The notes under the pieces are model-generated. The model searched no databases. It was not told where the DNA came from and worked only from the letters and a program-made list of their open reading frames with translations. From Acaryochloris marina S15 (lineage in GTDB: Bacteria; Cyanobacteriota; Cyanobacteriia; Thermosynechococcales; Thermosynechococcaceae), in NCBI RefSeq assembly GCF_018336915.1, contig NZ_CP064923.1, positions 3,120,001 through 3,152,000 on the forward strand: a stretch of DNA of 32,000 nucleotides. The letters are read 5' to 3'. Numbering within the stretch: position 1 is the stretch's first letter; every line of letters begins with the position of its first letter. This document shows, one piece after another, positions 25,464-32,000 of the stretch. A program made the position numbers and the translations under genes.

Positions 25464-26006
25464 GTGTCTCAAACTTTAACTCTCTCTCCCCCTTCTGCCC
25501 CTACTCTTCAATCTACTTTCCCTCAAACAGAGACTTACTTCATTACCCTCTGTACTCATGAGCGAGAGTGCTTATTTGGCGAAATTATTGCCGGTGAGAT
25601 GCAGCTCAATGATTTAGGCACATTAGTTGCAGATGAATGGCAAGCCTCTTTTGAGCAAAGTTCCGATTTCGACCTCCACCATTGGGTGATGATGCCGAAC
25701 CATATTCACGGCATTATTGGCGCTGCGAACTCAGGCCCTCAGGATTTGGACCAACAGCCCCTCGTTCAGGAAACGAAGGTGCGATCGCATTCCTTAATCA
25801 AGTGGATCTCCTCCTTTAAAGGGATAGCCAGCCAACGCATTAAACATCTGAGAAACTTGCCCCATCAACCCCTTTGGCAACAAGAGGTCGATCAACATAT
25901 CATTCCTCATCGGTTTGCCTTTCACACCTTCCATCAATACATCACCACTAACCCCCATGCTTGGGATTGGGATAAATTGCATCCAGACAGCCCAGCCCTA
26001 ACCTAA
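25464..26006 (+). CDS. IS200-like / REP-associated tyrosine transposase (RAYT, Y1 HUH family)
   Basis: GTG start. YFITLCTHERECLFGEI..., the HUH motif in WVMMPNHIHGIIG, and a C-terminal ...FHTFHQYITTNPHAWDWD carrying the catalytic-Tyr region. No inverted repeats or second transposase gene seen. Confidence 0.85.
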   Translation: MSQTLTLSPPSAPTLQSTFPQTETYFITLCTHERECLFGEIIAGEMQLNDLGTLVADEWQASFEQSSDFDLHHWVMMPNHIHGIIGAANSGPQDLDQQPLVQETKVRSHSLIKWISSFKGIASQRIKHLRNLPHQPLWQQEVDQHIIPHRFAFHTFHQYITTNPHAWDWDKLHPDSPALT

Positions 26007-26028
26007 CAAGCACCCATCCGTTTCTTTC

Positions 26029-27072
26029 CTAATTAGGCTGAGATCCGGTAGCCATGAATTCGAAGGAGGGTGACATCACGCGGCGGCTTAGGGTCCGGCG
26101 GAATTTTGGGTCCAAATACTTCAGCTGTAGGGCTTGCCATTTTTTCCAATTTCTAAACCGCTCCTCTTGCAAGAGTTTAGCTAGAGAAGGCAGCTGATCT
26201 GACCAATATATTCCCAATTCTCCCACCAAGAACTCACTTAAGACGGCCTCATCTTGAAATACTCCCAATAATTCCTGTAAAGATCTAAATCCTTGGGTTT
26301 GAGCCTGATAAGTCTGTCCAAAAAAAGGAATAAAAAACTCTGTTTGATAACGCACCCGTTTCATTTGTTTTCGCAAGTCATGCAGATCGGGCCCCTCTTG
26401 GGCAAAAACCTGATCTAAGGTTTCCATACTCATACCAACCATCGGATAGATCCGCCCTTCAAGAGTCTCAGTAGCCACCAACCACCCTGGATGCAAAAAG
26501 AGTTGGCTAAGAAGAGGCAATAACAAATCCGGAACCACGTCTAACACAGGCATTGCTGCAACACTTTGGAATTGTGGTTTTTTTAGCCAATCCCCATAAG
26601 CAGCAACAAACTGACGATAGATTTTGCTTTTAAATAACTTAGGAAGTTGTGAGAACTTCTTCTGACGGCGTTTGTTCAATCGCTCTAAAACATGCTGAAT
26701 CTGTACGCCTTCATCAGTACTCGTACTCGCAATGGATAAATAATGCTGAAACCAGAGTTGCAAGACATCTAAATCCCGGACCTTCCCTAATTGCCTAGCA
26801 ATTTTTGTGATGTTGGAGCGCTGAGCAGCATCAGGTAGATCGATAGCTGGGCCAAATACATCGATAGCCGTCCTCAAACGCCTCATGCCCACTCGCATTT
26901 GGTGCAAATTTTCTGGATTGCGATCTGCTAACACCCCATCTTGATATTTTGTGGACTTCTTCACATGTTTTTGAATCGCCCAATAGGCCACTTCGCCCAA
27001 AGATAATTGGGCATCGAACTTTGGAATTTTCGTTTTTGTCGCTTTGGTATGAGATGAGGATTGAGTTCTCAT
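26029..27072 (-). CDS. CHAD-domain protein (polyphosphate-granule-associated family)
   Basis: Signature NLHQMRVGMRRLRTAIDVF and a second LHDLRKQMKRVRYQTEFF. The all-helical, K/R-rich 347-aa protein is typical of CHAD. Confidence 0.9.
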   Translation of the reverse strand: MRTQSSSHTKATKTKIPKFDAQLSLGEVAYWAIQKHVKKSTKYQDGVLADRNPENLHQMRVGMRRLRTAIDVFGPAIDLPDAAQRSNITKIARQLGKVRDLDVLQLWFQHYLSIASTSTDEGVQIQHVLERLNKRRQKKFSQLPKLFKSKIYRQFVAAYGDWLKKPQFQSVAAMPVLDVVPDLLLPLLSQLFLHPGWLVATETLEGRIYPMVGMSMETLDQVFAQEGPDLHDLRKQMKRVRYQTEFFIPFFGQTYQAQTQGFRSLQELLGVFQDEAVLSEFLVGELGIYWSDQLPSLAKLLQEERFRNWKKWQALQLKYLDPKFRRTLSRRVMSPSFEFMATGSQPN

Positions 27073-27532
27073 ATCTAGCTAGGCTCATCCTTTCAAGACT
27101 GGAGCAAGGACTATTCTATAGAAGGGACTCAGCATGGAAGTGACATGCTGCAGTATCTGCAGGATTCTTAGATCCAGTAGGAACTGGGTATGACAAAAAA
27201 GAATCGATAAATCCTGTTACAGAAAGGCCAGCCTTATATTAACTTGGTCTTAACCCTGCAGGATGTTTGCCTAGACACCATTGGCGTAAACATCACTGAT
27301 TCCTAAATACAGATAAAATAATAGAATACTCAAGTATCAGCGAGACTGAAGGATAAAAATAGGATATTAGCAGAAATTTCCTGATACTGAATCAGATATT
27401 AACTTAACAAGAGAATAATCAAAGATTAAATATTTGATTATCCTAAGCACATTCATTATTTTCAGGAAAAAATATTCAGACTTTCTTTATCAGAGTTAAT
27501 ATTTTCTTAGTGCTAGTTAAATCAACACATCC

Positions 27533-27802
27533 TCATTCCAGTTGATCTTGACCTATCTGTAAGTTGTTTTTACTCTTTTTGAGTTGTTTCCATAGTCGCT
27601 TAATATCTTTGTAGGCCTGCAAAGAAGAAATTTTTCCTGATGTTTCCAAGGCACAAATAAAATTAATTTTTTGAGCGAATTCTTGAAGATTTGCATTAAA
27701 TGCAAGCTTTTCAGGAGTAAAATCCCCTCTATACTTACTACGAGGGTATAAATAGCGATATTTGCTATCAGATCGGTCTTTAGGAGTATGTGGTGTAGTC
27801 AA
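27533..27802 (-). CDS. Hypothetical small protein (89 aa, TTG start)
   Basis: ORF divergent from pstS. K/R-rich with a YLYPRSKYRGDFTPEKLAFNANLQEFAQKI core that looks like a conserved cyanobacterial small protein. This is from memory and I cannot name the family. Confidence 0.5.
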   Translation of the reverse strand: MTTPHTPKDRSDSKYRYLYPRSKYRGDFTPEKLAFNANLQEFAQKINFICALETSGKISSLQAYKDIKRLWKQLKKSKNNLQIGQDQLE

Positions 27803-27945
27803 ACAAATACTATGCAGTAACTTTTATTGCTTTTTTATTCTAGCTAATTCAGCTTTTTTAAAGTAATTTATTTGCACTAATAGCTCAAAATCAATTCTGA
27901 AGTTTGCCAGAAATTACTGCATATTACCTATACAATTTAGCGTTC

Positions 27946-27975
27946 CTTATTAACAATTTAACCTATTCTTTACCT
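27946..27975 (+). promoter_or_regulatory. Pho box (three 8-bp direct repeats at 11-bp spacing) upstream of pstS
   Basis: CTTATTAA-caa-TTTAACCT-att-CTTTACCT at 27946-53, 27957-64 and 27968-75. Against the cyanobacterial SphR consensus PyTTAAPyPy(T/A) they score 6/8, 8/8 and 7/8. A -10-like TAGAAT lies at 28001-28006 and the pstS ATG is at 28049. Confidence 0.6.
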
Positions 27976-28048
27976 TGAGCAGATATTCTCCAACGGAATG
28001 TAGAATGTTCTTACTTATTTCGTGAGTGGTTAGGGAGTTTTGTAACCT

Positions 28049-29083
28049 ATGTTTCTGAAACATAAATCGATGAATTTGTTACGCTATGTTTCCCTAGCTT
28101 TTTTGGTTGCTAGCGTATCTGCTTGTACAGGTAGTGATACCCCCAGTGATAGCTCTTCTAGCACTGGCTCTGATGCTGATCTATCAGGGAAGATTACGGT
28201 GGATGGATCTAGTACTGTCCTGCTTATCTCTGAAGCCATGGCTGAAGAATTTCAGGCTGTTAATAAAGATGTCAAGATTACCGTTGGAAAATCGGGTACA
28301 GGTGGGGGTTTCAAGAAATTCTGTACCGGTAAAACTGAAATTTCTGATGCATCCCGCCCCATCAAGCAAAAAGAGATTGATTTATGTGCCGAGGGTGGCG
28401 TTGAGTACGTAGAAATCCCCGTTGCCTTTGATGCACTGTCAGTCGTGGTCAACAAGGACAATGACTGGGCTGCATGCATGACCGTAGACGAGTTAAAGAC
28501 GGGCTGGGAAAAGGCTGCACAAGGCAAGATCAGTAAGTGGAATCAAATCAATCCCAAGTATCCAGATGCACCATTGACCTTACTAGGCCCTGGTACTGAC
28601 TCCGGTACGTTTGACTATTTCAATGAAGCCATCACTGGCGAGGAAGGTAGCCGAGGCGATTTCGCCACCAGTGAAGACGACAACACCATTGTTCGTGGAG
28701 TTGCGGGTGACAAAAATGCCATGGGCTATTTTGGCTATGCCTACTATGAAGAGAACAAAGATACTCTCAAAGCAGTTGAAGTGGATGGAGGCGATGGATG
28801 TGTCGCCCCTAGTGATGCCACTGTTTTAGATGGGACTTACTCTCCTCTTGCCCGTCCCCTCTTTATCTATGTCAGCAAGTCCGCCCTGGATCGTCCAGAG
28901 GTCAAGGCTTTTATCGAGTTCTATATGGATGTCAAGAATAAAGAGCTGGTGACAGAGGTGGGTTACTTCCCCTTGCCCGACGATATCTACGGCAAAGCTT
29001 TGGCTCGTGTTCAGGAAGGTAAGACAGGCACTGCTTTCCCTGGCGGAAAGACCGTTGGTGTTAAGCTCGCCGACGTCCTCTAA
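28049..29083 (+). CDS. pstS: Phosphate ABC transporter substrate-binding protein, lipoprotein
   Basis: Lipobox LVASVSAC. PstS-family motifs: GSSTV, GTGGGFKKFC.G...I.DASRPIK..E, GPGTDSGTFDYF, YFGYAYY. Followed by pstCAB. Confidence 0.95.
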   Translation: MFLKHKSMNLLRYVSLAFLVASVSACTGSDTPSDSSSSTGSDADLSGKITVDGSSTVLLISEAMAEEFQAVNKDVKITVGKSGTGGGFKKFCTGKTEISDASRPIKQKEIDLCAEGGVEYVEIPVAFDALSVVVNKDNDWAACMTVDELKTGWEKAAQGKISKWNQINPKYPDAPLTLLGPGTDSGTFDYFNEAITGEEGSRGDFATSEDDNTIVRGVAGDKNAMGYFGYAYYEENKDTLKAVEVDGGDGCVAPSDATVLDGTYSPLARPLFIYVSKSALDRPEVKAFIEFYMDVKNKELVTEVGYFPLPDDIYGKALARVQEGKTGTAFPGGKTVGVKLADVL

Positions 29084-29091
29084 ATAAAAAT

Positions 29092-29150
29092 CCATTAAAT
29101 GGGGATTCTGTGTGTAGGCATTGATCTATTCAGAATCCCCATTTAATTGG
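29092..29150 (+). promoter_or_regulatory. Long intercistronic stem-loop between pstS and pstC
   Basis: AAATGGGGATTCTG (29097-29110) pairs perfectly with CAGAATCCCCATTT (29131-29144). The loop is 20 nt, and flanking CCATT/AATTGG extends the stem with one bulge. No clean U-tract, so this is more likely a 3'-stabiliser or attenuator than a full terminator. Confidence 0.6.
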
Positions 29151-30121
29151 AAAATTATCTTATCCAGATTGGATTGATCATGCATACTGAATCCACCTCG
29201 CTCCCTCCCCCTAAAGATTCCCAGATGTGGAAACCGAAGCGGGCTTTTAGCATTTGGTCTGAACGACTTGTAAAATACATATTTGCTAGCTTTGCTTTAA
29301 TTTCCGTTGCCACCACGGCAGGTATTGTTGGCACCCTAATTTTCGAGACCATAGAGTTTTTCAAAGAGATCCCCTTGATTCGGTTTTTAACCGACACTCA
29401 ATGGACGCCCTTGTTTAGTGATCAATTCGGCATCTTTGTTTTAATCAGCGCCACCTTCATGACCTCGCTGATCGCATTGTTGGTCGCTTTGCCGATTGGC
29501 CTATTGGCTGCCATCTGCCTGAGTGAATATGCCTCACCCAAAATTCGGAAGTGGTTGAAACCAGCCTTGGAAATCTTGGCTGGCATCCCCACCGTGGTCT
29601 ATGGCTATTTTGCTTTGCTATTCGTCACCCCATTGCTACAGAGTATCGTTCCAGGCTTAAAGATTTTCAACTCTCTTAGTGCTGGTTTGGTCATGGGATT
29701 CGCCATTATGCCTTTAGTGGCATCTCTTAGTGAAGATGCCATTTATGCGGTTCCTCAAAGCCTCCGGCAGGGATCCTATGCTCTGGGAACAACAAAACGA
29801 GAAACCGTCACAGGGGTAGTCTTACCCGCCGCTTTATCGGGAATCGTGGCGTCTTGTGTATTGGCTATCTCCCGAGCAGTGGGTGAAACCATGATCGTGA
29901 CCGTAGCTGCAGGCGCTTCCCCGGTGCTGACGTTAGATCCTCGAGTGTCTGTTCAGACCATGACTTCTTTTATTGTCCAGGCGACCTTTGGTGATAATCC
30001 CGTCGGTACGATTGGCTATAAAACATTATTTGTCGTCGGCATGACGCTCTTTCTGATTACCTTTTGCCTAAACATGTTTAGCTTCTGGTTTGTTCGCCGT
30101 TTCCAGGAGAAATACGAATGA
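29147..30121 (+). CDS. pstC: Phosphate ABC transporter permease PstC
   Basis: Six-TM permease with the EAA-type loop (EDAIYAVPQSLRQGSYALGTTKRETV) and SRAVGETM. The track start TTG 29147 overlaps the hairpin, so ATG 29180 is more likely. ATGA overlap with pstA. Confidence 0.95.
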   Translation: MENYLIQIGLIMHTESTSLPPPKDSQMWKPKRAFSIWSERLVKYIFASFALISVATTAGIVGTLIFETIEFFKEIPLIRFLTDTQWTPLFSDQFGIFVLISATFMTSLIALLVALPIGLLAAICLSEYASPKIRKWLKPALEILAGIPTVVYGYFALLFVTPLLQSIVPGLKIFNSLSAGLVMGFAIMPLVASLSEDAIYAVPQSLRQGSYALGTTKRETVTGVVLPAALSGIVASCVLAISRAVGETMIVTVAAGASPVLTLDPRVSVQTMTSFIVQATFGDNPVGTIGYKTLFVVGMTLFLITFCLNMFSFWFVRRFQEKYE

Positions 30122-31053
30122 CTTTGTCGAATCCCAGTAATTTATCCGATCTTCCAGGCAGTGGAAATGAGCAGTTTAAGCCTGCGTTGAAAACCCGCTA
30201 TCGGTGGGATCGTATTTTTGAACTACTCACCTGGCTTGCCACCCTTATTAGTTTGGTGGTGTTGGTGACGTTGCTCTTCGATGTAATGAGTGATGGCCTC
30301 AGTAGTATTGACTTAGACTTTATAAAAAATCCACCGTCCCGTAAGGCCGAGCGTGCAGGACTATGGCCCGCTCTGATGGGTACTGTTTGGCTTCTGGGAA
30401 TCACGGCAGCATTCGCATTCCCCATTGGGGTGGGGTCTGGCATCTTTTTAGAAGAGTTTGCACCTGATAATTGGTTTACTCGAGCGATTGAGATTAATGT
30501 TGGCAATTTAGCGGCAGTGCCCTCCATTGTGTATGGTCTTTTGGGGCTGACGGTTTTTGTGGACATTTTGCGACCCATTACCGGTGGCACTAGCGTATTA
30601 GCAGGAGGCCTGACCCTCGCTTTACTAATCTTGCCGATCATCATTGTGAGTACGCGAGAAGCCTTGCGAGCAGTCCCTAGCAGTTTGCGCCAGGGAGGAT
30701 TTGCCCTGGGAGCAACCCGTTGGCAAGTGATTCGTGAGTTAGTTTTTGCTCAATCTCTTCCCGGTATCTTGACCGGAACCATTCTGGCCCTGTCCCGTGC
30801 CATCGGTGAAACGGCTCCTATCTTGGTGGTGGGTGCTGCAGGGTATATTGCTTTTGCACCGCCTCTATCTCTAGAAGGTTTGCAGTCTGACTTTACGGCA
30901 CTACCTATCCAAGTTTATGTCTGGATTTCCCGTGCTCAGAAAAGCTTTGAGCCCATTGCAGCTGGGGGTATCCTAGTTTTGTTAGTAGTGTTACTGCTGA
31001 TGAATACAACGGCTATTCTTCTGCGTAATAAGTTCCAGAATCAAAAACTATAG
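30118..31053 (+). CDS. pstA: Phosphate ABC transporter permease PstA
   Basis: Permease with REALRAVPSSLRQGGFALGATRWQVI and SRAIGETAP. The start overlaps the pstC stop by 4 nt. Confidence 0.95.
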   Translation: MTLSNPSNLSDLPGSGNEQFKPALKTRYRWDRIFELLTWLATLISLVVLVTLLFDVMSDGLSSIDLDFIKNPPSRKAERAGLWPALMGTVWLLGITAAFAFPIGVGSGIFLEEFAPDNWFTRAIEINVGNLAAVPSIVYGLLGLTVFVDILRPITGGTSVLAGGLTLALLILPIIIVSTREALRAVPSSLRQGGFALGATRWQVIRELVFAQSLPGILTGTILALSRAIGETAPILVVGAAGYIAFAPPLSLEGLQSDFTALPIQVYVWISRAQKSFEPIAAGGILVLLVVLLLMNTTAILLRNKFQNQKL

Positions 31054-31116
31054 TTTTTCTCATTTTCCTGGTTGAAGATCGATATGTTATTTCCTTCCTT
31101 AATCCAGTAATAAGCT

Positions 31117-31143
31117 GTGTTCTTTAAGGTGAAATAAGAACAC
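31117..31143 (+). promoter_or_regulatory. Hairpin in the 129-nt pstA-pstB spacer
   Basis: GTGTTCTT (31117-31124) pairs with AAGAACAC (31136-31143) around an 11-nt loop. No T-tract follows. Confidence 0.35.
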
Positions 31144-31182
31144 TAGATTTACGCTCACTGATAAGCTTGTGGATACTAAGCC

Positions 31183-32000
31183 ATGACTAACCTTGCCGAC
31201 TCACCTATGACCTCTGATTCCAGACCAGTCACTGAACAGCCCGCGCTAAAGATGGAAGGAGTTTCCGTTTATTACGGTTCTACCCCGGCTGTTCGTGAAG
31301 TTTTTCTAGATATTCCAGCTAATCAAATTACGGCTTTCATTGGGCCTTCTGGTTGTGGCAAAAGCACCGTTTTGCGCTGTTTTAATCGCACAAATGATTT
31401 GATCCCTAGTGCGAAGGTCAAGGGCAATGTCTTTTTCCGAGGCGTTAATCTCTATAGCAAGAAAGTCGACCCGGTTGAAGTCCGACGCCGGATTGGTATG
31501 GTATTTCAAAAGCCGAATCCCTTTCCTAAGTCTATCTACGAAAATATTGCCTTCGGCGCTCGCATCAATGGCTTTCAGGGCGATATGGATCAGTTGGTAG
31601 AACGCTCTTTGCGTAAGGCTGCCATTTGGGATGAGGTGAAGGATAAGCTCAAGCAGAGTGGGTTATCTCTGTCTGGAGGTCAGCAGCAGCGGTTATGTAT
31701 TGCTCGTGCGATCGCAATCCAACCCGAAGTCATCCTTATGGACGAACCCTGCTCAGCCCTGGATCCCATTTCAACCCTGCGAATTGAAGAACTGATGCAG
31801 GAACTAAAAGAGCAGTACACCATTGTGATCGTCACTCACAACATGCAGCAGGCGTCTCGGGTTTCAGACAAGACCGCCTTTTTCAATGCGGAACCCACTG
31901 AGCAAGGCGGCAAGCTGGGGTATTTGGTGGAATTTAACGATACCGTCACCATCTTCACCAATCCCAAGCAAGACTACACCCGCGATTACGTCTCAGGTCG
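31183..32000 (+). CDS. pstB: Phosphate ABC transporter ATP-binding protein PstB (first 272 codons; 3' end beyond window)
   Basis: Not in the ORF track because there is no stop in the window. ATG 31183. Walker [11 protein letters not shown]-loop [10 protein letters not shown], signature [14 protein letters not shown], Walker [13 protein letters not shown]-loop VTHNMQQA. Confidence 0.95.
   Translation, partial: MTNLADSPMTSDSRPVTEQPALKMEGVSVYYGSTPAVREVFLDIPANQITAFIGPSGCGKSTVLRCFNRTNDLIPSAKVKGNVFFRGVNLYSKKVDPVEVRRRIGMVFQKPNPFPKSIYENIAFGARINGFQGDMDQLVERSLRKAAIWDEVKDKLKQSGLSLSGGQQQRLCIARAIAIQPEVILMDEPCSALDPISTLRIEELMQELKEQYTIVIVTHNMQQASRVSDKTAFFNAEPTEQGGKLGYLVEFNDTVTIFTNPKQDYTRDYVSG

Noticed and set aside
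25101-26028. REP/REPIN-type hairpins flanking the RAYT-like gene
   Set aside because: The only strong hairpin (25101-25131) is 330 bp upstream, is followed by a T-tract (a terminator), and is not repeated downstream or anywhere else in the window.
28107-31600. Embedded ORFs in the pst operon (28107-28412, 28184-28369, 28252-28527, 28611-28829, 28826-29095, 29155-29397, 30198-30644, 31306-31509, 31409-31600)
   Set aside because: All overlap pstS, pstC, pstA or pstB, which carry definitive family motifs. They are shadow frames.
1-32000. tRNA, rRNA, tmRNA or CRISPR arrays
   Set aside because: I scanned the intergenic regions for T-loop-like GGTTCGAATCC motifs, rRNA-like conserved blocks and regularly spaced direct repeats, and found none. 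This by-eye scan cannot exclude small or novel ncRNAs.

Overview
This looks like cyanobacterial chromosomal DNA. By eye I found at least 11 copies of the HIP1 octamer GCGATCGC, plus an HLIP gene, DUF1400 genes and a pstSCAB operon. All family calls rest on motif recognition by eye; no searches were run.

**1-10.8 kb: one end of an eCIS locus.** This is an extracellular contractile injection system (phage-tail-like particle) locus.
- On the minus strand, a short DUF4255 gene is followed by a contractile sheath gene that runs off the left edge. The supplied ORF track omits the sheath gene.
- Divergent from these, across a 750-bp AT-rich spacer holding a perfect 24-bp palindrome, is a tightly packed plus-strand operon. 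Its order is soluble histidine kinase, NarL/LuxR response regulator, long DUF4255 paralog, two small unknown ORFs, and an AAA+ ATPase of the Afp15/Pvc15 type.
- Next come a 134-aa unknown ORF and a DUF4157 (HExxH) protein. Its AT-rich C-terminal module carries a Cys...His papain/CHAP-like signature, making it the best candidate for the injected payload.
- The most unusual point is that the two-component system is wired directly into the eCIS accessory operon. Only 4 nt separate the regulator stop from the DUF4255 start.

**10.8-25.5 kb: mostly ordinary genes.**
- A DMT transporter, a ureidoglycolate-lyase-like gene and a KirBac K+ channel form one minus-strand operon.
- An AT-rich stretch carries a zinc-ribbon/TM/coiled-coil protein, followed by an M23 peptidase.
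- Then come an orphan XdhC, two tandem stand-alone DUF1400 paralogs, folP, an HLIP gene, an FGE-type protein, a STAS protein and a J-domain protein.

**25.5-32 kb: a likely phosphate-related neighbourhood.**
- It opens with an IS200/RAYT-like tyrosine transposase.
- It continues with a CHAD protein and pstS-pstC-pstA-pstB (pstB truncated at the right edge), with a three-repeat Pho box upstream of pstS.

I saw no rRNA, tRNA or CRISPR array.
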